This document shows, piece after piece, positions 1-16,710 of a DNA stretch of 64,000 nucleotides (the first letter of the stretch is position 1; each line of letters begins with the position of its first letter). The position numbers and the translations under genes were made by a program. This DNA is from the human T2T-CHM13v2.0 reference genome, Homo sapiens, in assembly GCF_009914755.1 (NCBI RefSeq), contig NC_060931.1; one strand, written 5' to 3'. Under the pieces are notes generated by a model. The model was given only the letters and a program-made list of their open reading frames with translations, was not told where the DNA came from and searched no databases.

Positions 1-352
1 CATCTGTAAGACAACAGCATTCATCCAGCATTTTACCTCACTTAAGTCTCAAAATACTCTGATGAAGGGAACAGTATAATTAACGTCTGAGATTCATAGA
101 CATGGAAACAGATGCCGGGAGGCAAAATGACTTGCTTAACGCAACAAAGCTAATAATAGAGGCAGAACTGTAACTAAGCTTCAGATTCTGTGACTTCAAA
201 TCTCATGCTGCCTCCCCACCTCACCCCTAATAATTCACACGTCTGTGCAGCTGGGCAGGTTGCTCACCATACAAACAGTCCTTGCTCTGCTAGATAGATT
301 TCATATGGACCAGAAGTAGCTTTGACTGTGTGCTGTATCTCAATTTCATTAA

Positions 353-664
<312 letters not shown>

Positions 665-1035
665 TGAGTAGCTGGGGTTACAGGCGCGTGCCACTATGCC
701 CAGCTAATTTTTGTATTTTTAGTAGAGGCGGAGTTTCACCGTGTTGGCCAGGCTGGTCTCGAACTCCTGATCTCAGGTGATCTGCCCACCTCTGCCTCAC
801 GAAGTACTGGGATTACAGGTGTCAGCCACCGTACCCGGCCAATTTTTTAATTTTTTATTTTTAGTAGAAATGAGATCTCGCTATGTTGCCCAGACTAATC
901 TTGAACTCCTGAGCTCAAGTGATTCTCCTACTTTGGTCTCCCAAAGTGCTGGGATTACAAATATGAGCCACCGTGCCCAGCCTAAAACAAATTTTCTTTC
1001 TTTTTTTTTTTTTGAGACAGAGTCTCGCTCTGTAG

Positions 1036-1200
<165 letters not shown>

Positions 1201-1720
1201 TAGCCAGGACGGTCTCAGTCTCCTGACCTTGTGATCCACCCACCTCGGCCTCCCAAAGCGCCGGGATTACAGGCATGAGCCACCGTGCCTAGCCAACAAA
1301 TTTTTAAATGTATAAATAAAGCCTTATTTATTTTTATTTTTGAGACAGTGTCTCACTCTCTTGCCCAGGCTGCAGTGCAGTGCAGTGGCACAATCTTGGC
1401 TCACTGCAACCTCCACCTCCCAGGTTCAAGCCGTTCTCCTGCCTCAGCCTCCCATGTAGCTGGGATTATAGGTGCCTGCTACCATGCCCGGCTAATTTTT
1501 GTATTTTTAGTAGAGACGGGGTTTTGCCATGTTGGCCAGGCTGGTCTCAAACTCCTGACCTCAGGTGATCTGCCCGCCTTGGCCTCCCAAAGTGCTGGGA
1601 TTACAGGCGTGAGCCTCCGTGCCTGGCCAAAGCCTTATGTTTTACAAGATACTTTTCAAACTATCTTTTTCTGCCGGGCGTGGTGGTACGTGCTTGTGGT
1701 CCTATAGTCCCAGCTACTCA

Positions 1721-1876
<156 letters not shown>

Positions 1877-2081
1877 TTATTTAATTACTGGTTGTTAAGT
1901 TGTAATAGTGTTAATGCAATCAACAAAAAGTAAACTATAGCAGAAAGAGTGCAGAGCCCTGAGTTGGATAGACCTGGGTTAGAGATCTTACTTGGTTTAC
2001 TGACTCTGCAGTTCAAAATTTTCTCATCTGCAAAAGAAAGTTGAGAATAATGTCTGTTGACCTAATTCTGTAGAGGTATCA

Positions 2082-2606
<525 letters not shown>

Positions 2607-3558
2607 TCAAAAAAAAAAAAAACAACAAAAAAACAAAATTATCAAAGCATGGGGGTGCACGCCTGTAATCCCAGCTACTCGGGAGGCTGAGGCAGGAGAA
2701 TCACTTGAACTTGGAAAGTGGAGGTTGTGCAGTCAGCCAAGATCACGCCACCGCACCCCAGCCTGGGCGACAAGTTTGTAGTCTTTGGACAAGGCTTTTA
2801 TCTTTTTTGAAACTCTGTCTCAAACAAGACAGAAAAAAAAACCCAAGGGTTTCCATGTCAGTTCTCTCTTTTTGCTCTCCCATGTTGAGAACAAATGAGA
2901 TGGAGAAGAGCTACAGAAGTGTATGTTATGTGAAAATGTGCTTTTTTTTTTTTTTTGAGACATGGTCTCTGTCACCCAGGCTGGAGTGCAATGGCTAATT
3001 TTTAAATTTTTTATGGAGATGGGGTCTCACTATGTTGCTCAGGTTGGTCTTGAACTACACTCAAGTGATCCTCCTGCCTTGGCCTCCCAAAGTATTGGGA
3101 TTACCGGTGTGAGCCACCGCACCTGGCCCAAAATTTTCCTAATGCTATCAACGTCAGGCCACATGCTTGCTGGGGCACACAGTCCTGCTCTTTGTTTCTT
3201 AGCCTAAGCATAGCTCTAAATTTCCTCTTTCCAATCTCCAGCTGCTTTCCCCTTCCACTGCCTATGCTGGTCTGCCTTCTTCTTATCAAGAGGAGGCCAG
3301 TCATGTCTTCCGGACCCCTTTCAAAGTAGGTTCTTCAAGGGACCAGAATGGAAGCCCTCGTCCCCAGGCCAAGGTTGCAAGGCAAAGTTAGCTCCGCCTC
3401 CAAACTCCTACATTGATGATAAACATGTATTTGTTCATTTAGGTAACAAATATTTCCTGAGCGTGTTCTCTGTACCAGGCACCTGCTGAGTGCCAGGGCT
3501 GCCATCACAGGAAGGTCATGTGGTGGAGGGGAAAGGAGCGGTTGAGAAGTTCCAATGA

Positions 3559-3864
<306 letters not shown>

Positions 3865-5065
3865 TAACCTGACTGTTCACAACTGGTTTGGAGACTTGGA
3901 CGGTGCACTGCAGCTTTGGGGCGCACTGATGAGGTCGGGCACTGAATTGGGGAGGGGGTTATCATCCCCACATAGACAAGGAACTCAGTTTCTTGGGGCA
4001 CCCAGACACATAGCAGCTTTGACTCTCTCAAGTGACTTTGAGGTAGGTGAGGTCAGCTAGTAGGAGCCAAAGCCAGAGACAGAGAACCGGATGTATGGTG
4101 ACCATGGTGACTGTCCATGACAGATTGGCTTTTGGACACAGGTGAAGATCTGGGGACCCTGGGTGGCACTAAATTCCCTCTCCGGCAGTCAAGGGGGCAA
4201 GCATCAGGCTTCTTTCTCAAAGCCTTGTCTCCGTTGCCTCAGATGCGGTGACCTGTCCTGCACAGTCTGCAGGCTCTGCTGCTCACTTCCAGCTCAGAGA
4301 TGGGGCACAGCCGGAGCCTAAACCTCCTGCTCCTCGGGTGGCAGGCCAGGCGGGCCACAGGACTGCAGAAGGCAAGATGGCAGCAGCTGAGAGAAAGGAC
4401 TTCCTCTGCCTGTCACCACCCGATGGCCCTCTTGCTTCCAACCCACAGCCTAGGTGCCTGGCAGCCTGATTCTCAGGGCATTCTTCTGTGGTCCTTGGCT
4501 CTCCATGCTGCCTCTGTCTTCTGCTCTTACCCTGTTCTTGACTCAGGTGCCAGCCACCTTTCCCACCTGGAGGAGCACCCCCCCATGCCCAAACCAAGTT
4601 ATACCTCATGTGGGGGGTGTGAGAGAGAGTTTCAAACTTCTTCCAAAGGTTCTTTGACATGTTCTGAACGTCTTAATGTTGTTCTGAACATTAGATACTT
4701 GTTAATACCCCACTGGACAGATAAAGAGACTGAACGCCAGGTGCGGTGGCTCATGCCTGTAATCCCAGCACTTTGGGAGGGTGAGGTGGGCGGATCGTTG
4801 AGCACAGGAGTTTGAGACCAGCCTGGGCAACATGGTGAGACCTTGTCTCTACAAAAAAAAAAAAAACAAAAACAAAGATAAAGGGACTGAAATGGAAACT
4901 GACTTGCCCAAGGTCAGTTACCAGGGTGGGGCACCCAGATAGCCAGGCTCCCTATTCCAGCTCGGGCCTCCCCAACGCCAGGTCACCACCTTGTGCTGAG
5001 CACTGAGCACACATAGCTTGCATATCCCAAGTCCCCTAGGACAGTCTTCTTTTTTTTTTTTTTGA

Positions 5066-5167
<102 letters not shown>

Positions 5168-5393
5168 TAAGCAGCTGGGATTACAGGTGCATGCCACCAT
5201 GCCTGGCTAATTTTTGTATTTTTAGTAGAGATGGGGTTTCACTCTGTTGGCCAGGCTGGTCTCGAACTCCTGACCTCAAGTGATCTACTTGCCTTGGCCT
5301 CCCAGGATTACAGGTGTGAGCCACCACGCCCGGTCAGTACTGTTTTATGATGGCTCTTTAGTACTCCTTGGAGGAACAGAGCCACCTTCTTAG

Positions 5394-6023
<630 letters not shown>

Positions 6024-6439
6024 TGACCGGCTGCATGGGCCTGGGCAGTGCTGAGACTTGGCAAGAGAGCCCAGGGCCCCCTGAGGACCAGTGGGGCACA
6101 GAGAGTGGCTACGGGTGTAGCATGGGATGGAGGAGAGGGAGAAGCTGCTGCCCGGTCCATCTCTGATTCGTGGAGCTGATTTTCCAAACACTCTAAGGCC
6201 TCAGTTCACATTCTGTTTCCCACAGAGGAGGCTCTGCGTCTCTGAACTGTTGTCAGGCCCCACCAGGCTCTTCACTGTTTGGAGCCAGATCTACGGAGCC
6301 AAACTGCCTTGACCTGCTTTCTGAGGAGGGGACAGGCAGAAAGTGCCGGACCTAGCCAGATTCAGCCCGCAGAAGGTGTTCCAGACTCCAAGCAGCCTGC
6401 TGGCCTAGCTCCAGGCCCAGGTGGCTGCAGACTCCACAA

Positions 6440-7805
6440 TGGGTGACTCAGGTAAGCTGTGCTGGACAAACAAGCCAGTGTTCTCAGCCCAGCAGGGTGA
6501 TGCCTGTCATAAGCTTTCCTGTCGTCATTGTACCGCCATTTCCTGAGGGTGGCCTTGCCAGGCCCGGAGCCAGGGTCCATGGAGACTGGTAGGAATGTGG
6601 TTATCTTGGTTTATGTCTTGTTGCCAAGGTGCTTCCCAATGCTTCTAAAGCTGGGCTTGGCGCTGATCCACCAGCACCTGTGCTGTCTGATGGTGGCATG
6701 GAGGCCGCTGGGCTGAAAGAGGCCTACTGAGACCACAGACAGTCTGGTGAGGAGATACTGGTATGTGTCTTTCTCATGATCCTAACACCTATAGTTTTGG
6801 TGCTCCCTTCCTTCAGGAGTCCCAAAAGACCAGGCAAGCTGGAGACACTTGGCCAGAGAGGCAACTGGGCTTAAACAGCCAGCTTAAACAAACAGCTACT
6901 ATTTCCTGAGCACTTCTCATGTGCCAGGCACTGCTCTAAGCACTTCACATATGCCAATGAATTCTCAAAACATTCCTGTGACACAGCTACTAGTATTATC
7001 CCTAATTTACAGATGAGGAAGCTGAGGCTGAGTCATAGGCTCAGAAACACACAGCTGGTGACCAGTGAATCCAGGATCTGAACCCAGGCTATGGAACCTA
7101 GAGCCTGCTAGATCCACCTGCCAAGCTACCTGACCTAGAGCTGGTGTTTTTTTTTTTTGTCCCCCTTTATTTTTCTTTTTTATAAACAAGGTGTCTTGCT
7201 CTGCCACCCAGACTGGAGTTCAGTGGTGCAATTATAGCTCACTGCAGTCTCGAACTCCTGGGCTCAAGCGATCCTCCCACTTCAGCCTCCCTAGTATAAT
7301 GGGACTATAGGCACGTGCCACCACTTCTGGCTAGTGAGCTGGTGCTCCTAACTCTCACAGGGTACTGCCTCTCTTCTGCTCTGTCATGATGACTGTAGTG
7401 CAAGAAGGGGACTCAGCAAGAAGCCTCAGGATTCTAGGCGTGGCTCAGCCACAACCTGCTGTGTGATCTTGGCCTTCACTCCCCACTCTGGCCTTCAGAC
7501 TCCTCAGGGATTAGACCAAGTAGTCTACAACTCTGCTTCCAGTTCTGTGGCTCTGACTCACGTGGAAACAGCAGTGGGGAAAGGCCCTATCCCTTAGCCC
7601 CACCGGAAGTGTCTACTGCTGATTACCAAGAACAGCCTCACGGGCTTTTGAGAAGGGCAGGGATCAACTCCTGACCTGGTGACACTGATGGAGCAAAGCT
7701 GCTTCCCCACTCCACACCTCAGTTTCCCCACTCCTTCCAGTGGAGATAATGACCTCTGTGTGCTCAGTGCTACTGTGAGTCAGGGTTAATTAGCATTAGT
7801 CATAG
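6440..7805. promoter_or_regulatory. Candidate AP-1/ETS enhancer downstream of ZC3HC1
   Basis: TGA(C/G)TCA at 6444, 7029, 7554 and 7776; CACGTG at 7559; ACCGGAAGTG at 7602. Confidence 0.45.
6890..7130 (-). mobile_element. MIR SINE (other MIR pieces at about 1-200, 1940-2150, 9490-9670, 46010-46190)
   Basis: TGTGCCAGGCACTGCTCTAAGCACTT...TTACAGATGAGGAAGCTGAGGCT MIR core. Confidence 0.75.
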
Positions 7806-8436
7806 ACTTGGGAATCCTCACAAGAAAAGGGTCATCTGGTGGGTCTGGGCTGTGCCCTGGCTGTGATGAGACACCACTCATGCCCCTGTGAGTGTGTCAT
7901 CATGCTTCATTAGTGGCTTGCCTAACTTTGCAGGTCGGCCCTGGGGTGGCCCAGCCCTGAGTGCGGGTGCTGAGATCAGCCAAAGGATGACACCTGGGGA
8001 GGGCTGCATGTGTCCCAGGGTGGCTGCCAATGGCTCACAGTCCCCTGGATTTCCCTTTCGGTTGACTTCCCATTCAATCGGGTTCTTATCATTGCTACTC
8101 GAGCCACTATTCCTGGATGCAAGGCCCCAACTCTGACCTTAAATTTAGAGGTTTTTTTTTCCTTCTCTGTCTCCTCAATAAATACCCATTCTCATTTCTG
8201 TCTCTCTGCTGACTGTTTCAATGCTTTCAGTTTCTTTCTGTTTCCATCACCGCACTTGGTAGAGCTTAAGTGGGGTTAGGGGAAAGACCCTGTAACAAAA
8301 TAAGGACAAAGTAAGAATGATGATGTCTTGTGTTGGCAAGTCCAGCTAGGTAAGCCAGAAGTGGAACATGGGGGACATCTAGTGGCCATAGTGGGTACTG
8401 CTAGCATTCTTGCCTGGCACCGAGGTCACATTCTTG

Positions 8437-8472
<36 letters not shown>

Positions 8473-9104
8473 CTGAGACAGGGTCTTGCGCTATCTCCCA
8501 GGCTGGAGGGCAGTGGTGTGATCACAGCTCACGGCAGCCTTGACTTCCCAGGCTTAAGGGATCCTCGCACCTCAGCCTCCTGAGGAGCTGGGACTACAGG
8601 TGCACGCCACCACACCTGGCTTTTTTTTTTTTTTTTTTTGGTAGAGACGGGGTTTCCCTATGTTGTCTACTCTGGTCTTGAACTCCTGGGCTCAAACAAT
8701 CTGCCTGCCTTGGCCTCCCAAAGTGCTGGGATTACAGGCATAAGCCATCACGCCTGGCCTCATACCTGAACTTGATTCTCAAGTTGGCTACAGTGACTTG
8801 CCCCAGCTCTTGGAGACTTGGGAGATGGCACGATCCTTAGGAGGGGAGATTTTCTTATCACTTAATAGCTGATAAATTGCATTTCCCTTGACATCTGGTT
8901 TCTCTGGATCTACAGAAGAAAGGTCTCAGGCTGGGCACGGTGGCTCACGCCTGTAATCCCAGCACTTTGGGAGGCTGAGGCGGGTGGATCCTTGAAGTCA
9001 GGAGTTCAAGACCAGCCTGGCCAACATGGTGAAACCCCATCTCTACTAAAAACACAAAAATTAGCTGGGCGGTAGTGGCATATGCCTGTAATCCCAGCTA
9101 CTCA

Positions 9105-9375
<271 letters not shown>

Positions 9376-9757
9376 TCAAAACAAAAACAAAAACAAACAA
9401 CCCAAGTAACAATGGAATTAAACATCGTCATGCATGTATAACTATGTCCTTGGTTAAAGGCAGGCAGTGGGGTCTGCCTTGGAGGCTGATGGGCTGAGTT
9501 TGAATCCCGGCCCTCACTTACTGGGCTGTGTGACCCTGAACAAAGTAATTAACTTATGCTTTTGTTTCCTCATTTGTAAAAATGGAACAGTAATTATACC
9601 TTCCTCATAGGACTGCTATGAGGCTTAAATAAGATAAAATGCTTAGACCAGTGCTTGGCAAACAATCTGTACTTACAAGTGATAGCTATTTGCAGCAGTA
9701 GTAAAATCAAGTTTCAGAGGTTCTCCTGCTCAAGACTGATTCCCCACATTTCAGTAG

Positions 9758-10099
<342 letters not shown>

Positions 10100-11871
10100 T
10101 GATTGGCTCAAAACCCGTTGTGCCGTCAAGTTATTCTTGTGTGCCTTTCCTTCTGCTCCATTGGTTCTAGTTAGGTTGGACAAGACTGGCTAAGAAATGG
10201 ACACAGAGGCTAAAAAGGATTTTCTTGTCTCTGTGATCCTGGCTTCCCCGTGAGAACTATGAAGGCCTTGGAGGTGAATCTTGAGTCCCTTCTAGGCTTC
10301 ACATTTTCTGTTCCTACTACCATCCCTTTGAGGGCTGTTACTGACACACTATAGGAAACAATTTTCCTCCATATCTGCTTACTGGGATATCAATAGGTGG
10401 CTAATAGAAAGAAGTGAGTACAGAAAGCTGAAGAGTATGTTATTATAATGATCTGACTTGTTGGATAATCTCTGGATAAGTGACCAAATCTCCATGACCT
10501 ACCTGTCCTACACAGAGGCCTTTGTATGTTCCTGTTTCCCTCTCTTCCTAATTGGCTTCAGCTATACAACAGTCAGTTCAACTAGAGAGGCACTGTGGCA
10601 AGAAAAACAATAACCACCACAGCTGTAGCCAAGGAGCAATGAGATAAAAGAGAGTATGGGATATAGATGGAATGAATGGTCTCTAATTAAAGGGTTTAAA
10701 TGCAGCATTCACTTCTGAGGGCATGGGCCAACTGACCAGGATGGCAGCTGTATAAAGCCAAAGAAAACCTAGAATAGAAATAAAACTAAACATAGAAAGG
10801 AAAACTGAGGAGAAGGAAGTGTTTGTACTTTTGTCGATGGTCAAGCTGTGCGTGCAGCTGTTTTTATTGCTAAGATGGAATAGGATGGAAGGGATTCAGA
10901 AGTGGCTCTCAGGCACCCACAACCAGAAGAAGAGTATAAGTGAGGAAAGCCCCAAAGAGAATGCTCCACCTGTTAAGTCTATTAAAGTTGGCTGAAATCA
11001 AAAAGGAGCCAGGAGAAAGACTCTCTTCTGGGCACTAGTATCCCGTGAGTGGCTGCAAGATACTCCTTTCTACTGTGAGAGGGAGATCTCAACTTTGAGC
11101 TTGGGAAAGAAAACCATAGACTCACAGTGCTTGGAAGATATTCCCAGCTGTATCGTAATGGAAAGAACAGAAGCTGGGAAAGATGGATTTCAGTGTGGCT
11201 CTGCCTCATTCTAGCTATATGACAGCTAGTTATTAGATGTCTTTGAGCTTCAGTCTTCTCGGTAAAAACAAAATCTACTTGGATGGGGAATGCAACCTTT
11301 GTTAAAACACAGAATCCTAGAGGATTTAGTGGAGAAAATTAGTAAAAGGAGAATCTGAAGTTTGGGGGGACTATAATAATGGGGTATGAATAATCTGGAA
11401 TGGCAAGGGCTCTTCAAAATGCCACCACCTGTCCTGATCACTGAGACCAAGTACTGCAAAAGAAGGTGCTGGCCTGGGAGGTCAGGAGGAAGGCGCTGAA
11501 GTTCTATTTACCAGCAGGAGACAACACAAATCACATAGGATCCTCATAAGCTACCTAATGTGGCTAACACAGGTGGAAAAATTCCTTAGAATGACGACTT
11601 TTAATGCTACCTTTGTGGATAGTCAAGTAGCAAAAATGAAATTTCAGGCAATTATCTTCTTTAAAGGGATCTAACAAAAGGAAAAAAAAAATTCAGGCTG
11701 GGCGCAGTGACTCATGCCTGTAATCCCAGCACTTTGGGAGGCTGAGACAGGCAGATCACTTGAGGTCGGGAGTTTGAGACCACCCTGGCCAACATGGCGA
11801 AACCCTGTCTCTACTAAAAATACAACAATTAGCCAGGCATGGTGGTGCATGCCTGTAATCCCTGCTACTCA

Positions 11872-12021
<150 letters not shown>

Positions 12022-12738
12022 TTAGGAAGAGTGGGTTCCTAGAAAGGCCAAACTAAAAATGTTTACATGAGCAAACCACAAGACGAATGAATAAAGGCCT
12101 GGGGTTAAAAGGATGTCCCAGGGTGTGGAAGAGAACAGATGCTTTGGGAAAGGAAGCTCATGTGCTCAGTCCCATCTGAGAACACCCCATTATGCTACTA
12201 AGCTGGAATGAGTATATTTGAAAGCATACTCACGCCAGCTCAGTAGCGTATTCTCCAGAAACGGTGACATGTAGACTTGAACTCATGCTGTTAAAGAGGA
12301 TGGCATTAAGATCTCTTGTGAGAAGACAACAAGGTTGAGAGCTTTACTCTACATGGCTCTATAGATCCTAAGCTTTTTTTTTTTTTAAAGACAGGGTCCT
12401 CTGTGTCACCTAGGCTAGTCTTGGACTCCTGGGCTCAAGCAATCCTCCCAAATAGCTGGAACTACAGGTGTGTGCCACCACTCCTAGCTGATTTTAAGCA
12501 TTTGAAACAATGATCTTTGATTTCTTCAACACATTGAATCCTCCTCTCCTGAACTCCATTTCTAGACAGATATTTTCATATGTAACTGAACTCAATAAAA
12601 AGTGAGTAAAAGTAAAAAACTATTATCATCCATTAACACCTGAGGGGTTCTCTGTCTTGGTTAGGCCTCAACCTCAAGGTCATCTTTAATTCTTCCCCTC
12701 TTCCTCATGCCCAAAACCAATCATGAAGTCATTGCTGA

Positions 12739-13236
<498 letters not shown>

Positions 13237-13909
13237 TAACATACAAGACTCTAATCTGGCCCAACTTCCATTTTCTTTTCCTTTCTTTTCTACTCAACAC
13301 AGAGTTCTAGCCACAGCAGAATACCTGCTCTTCCTGGAACATATCCTACATGCTGCTCATTTGCTTACAATGCTCCCTCAGTCTCGGATGTGCATATTTT
13401 TAACCGAGGGTCTATCACGTGTCAGGCACTGTTTTGAATGTTGAGATTAAAACCAGGACAAAGTCCCTGTTCTCATGGAGCCTGCATCTCCCACTCATCT
13501 CCAAGGACCAGCTCAAATCTACACCTTCCTCAAAGTTCTTCCCAACGACACATGACCATTCACTTCTTCCTTTTTTATACCTCTCCTAGACTAGAGCATT
13601 TAGCAGTTTGTCCCGCAACATTTATATACCAGTGTGTCTTCTGGCCTGGCCTATATACTTCTTAGAGGTAGAAACTAGGTAGTCATTCATCTACAGGGGC
13701 TAGCACAGTGCCTCACACATGAAAGAGAATGTTTCTTGAATTACACAAAGTCTATCTCAATCTGCTTCAATTTATATTTTTATTTACATATTTATTTTTG
13801 AGACAGGGTCTCACTCTGTTGCCCAGGCTGGAGTGAGTGCAACGGTGATCTTAGCTCACTGCAGTCTGCCTTTCTGGGCTCAAGAGATCCTCCCAGCTCA
13901 GCCTCCTGA

Positions 13910-14140
<231 letters not shown>

Positions 14141-14474
14141 TGAGATGGAGTCTCGCTCTGTTGCCCAGGCTGGAGTGCAGTGGTCGATCTCGGCTCACTG
14201 TAAGCAAGCTCCGCCTCCCGGGTTCGCGCCATTCTCCTGCGCTCAGTAGCTGGAACTACAGGCGCCCGCCACCACGCCCAGCTAGTTTTTTATATTTTTA
14301 ATAGAGATGGTGTTTCACCGTGTTAGCCAGGATGGTCTCGATCTCCTCACCTCGTGATCCGCCAGCCTCGGCCTCCCAAAGTGCTGGGATTACAGGCGTG
14401 AGCCACTGTGCCTGGCCATTTTATTTTTATTTTTTGACCTGGACTCTTGCTCTGACGCCAAGGCTGGAGTGTAA

Positions 14475-15118
<644 letters not shown>

Positions 15119-15647
15119 TGAGTAAAATATTATGTGTTATTTTCTTTAAAATACTTCAGTACAAAAGTATAAAACAAAACAATCTCAGTGACGAAAAACA
15201 TGGCATATCAGAGAATAATCACTTTCTAGCCTTTGCTAGGTCATGGTTACTTTATCAGTGGGCAGTTCAGGGTCCACCTTCTCTACCACAAAAACTGATG
15301 ATCCCCCAAAAGCAACGAGTCTTGGGGAAGCCCAACTGGGGGACTCATGCATTCAATGGCACATGGAGAGGGGTCTCTTCTGAAGTGCCTTCCTCCCCAT
15401 TACGTTGTTTTATTCTGTTATTATCAAAGCAAGGAGAAAATTATCAGTTGACCATTCACTATAACACACCAGGAAATTTCCTGGTGGCATAATGAAAATC
15501 ATCTTGCTTTTGGTTTAGGAAAGATTATACCTCCTTGACTGGAATCACAAATTTTAGGCTTTGCAGCCAATCTGAAAATCAAAAGTTGAATGTTCCACTG
15601 AAGTTTCTCCGGCCCACAGGGCAAGGGGGAAAACAGTTCTCCAACAA

Positions 15648-16025
15648 TGAGAATCTTAGCAAATATTTTATTAATACACACTGTCATAGTCCTAGGATAG
15701 AAGAGTCCTCAGAACACTGCTCCACATTGAAGATGCTGAAATGGGTGGTCAGGTCCTTAGTCTTCCTTCTAGTCTGTTAACCCCACACTCCTTTAACAGA
15801 ACCATGCTTGCTGCCCTTACCCTGTCCACATCCCTGAAAGGAAACGGGTCTCTCTCAGCCAGATGCAGATAGTTGACACTCACTGCCTTTGCTATGGCAG
15901 GGGGCTCCTTATGATTAACCCAGAACAGGAAAAACTTAGTGTCAGCTGACCGAAAGGAACTCAGCCTTAATTTTTCAAAAAGTCACTCTCATTCCAGCTA
16001 TCTCCAGGAAGGCGCTGGAGTATCT
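15648..16025 (-). other. ZC3HC1: ZC3HC1 3' UTR (~380 nt; 3' end approximate)
   Basis: Repeat-free sequence between the stop codon and the AATAAA signal. Cleavage inferred about 20 nt past the signal. Confidence 0.75.
15667..15672 (-). terminator. Poly(A) signal AATAAA (a second AATAAA at 15409-15414)
   Basis: Plus-strand TTTATT, followed on the minus strand by a CA and TG/T-rich downstream sequence (CATTGTTGG...TGTTTTT). Confidence 0.8.
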
Positions 16026-16094
16026 TCAGCATGAGCACAGAGATTCCCACTGCCGAAATATTCGGAATACTTTCCTTGATTTCTCAGAGAGACT
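16026..16094 (-). CDS. ZC3HC1: ZC3HC1 exon 10 coding part (SLSEKSRKVFRIFRQWESLCSC*)
   Basis: CTACAG| acceptor, 69 nt ending in TGA. Total CDS 1509 nt = 502 aa + stop. Confidence 0.97.
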   Translation of the reverse strand, partial: SLSEKSRKVFRIFRQWESLCSC

Positions 16095-16377
16095 CTGTAG
16101 GTAGAAAAGCTTATTATTAGTGATTACGTTCTTTTATAGAGACAAAGGATAGATCATTTGTCCCACAATGATCTGGGTATGTCTAGGACTAAGTAAAAAT
16201 TCATTTTGTAGTATGCTATACATAATGTATACCTAAAGTCAGACTAAAGATCGAGGGGCCAACGTTCTACTGTCAGACTCCTGTTAACACACTCTGAGCC
16301 TCTAAGACACGGCTCATATCCTCCCTTCAGGCATCTGTATCTGTCCTCATCTTTGTACTTGAGGATGACACTTCTGA

Positions 16378-16710
<333 letters not shown>

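Noticed and set aside
4248-4815. Overlapping ORFs in unique sequence
   Set aside because: No recognisable protein similarity or coherent exon chain. A lncRNA exon cannot be excluded but is not supportable from sequence alone.
10400-11690. Purine-rich unique-looking stretch, possibly decayed retroviral internal sequence or a pseudogene
   Set aside because: Could not assign a family or an intact reading frame by eye; needs RepeatMasker or tBLASTx.
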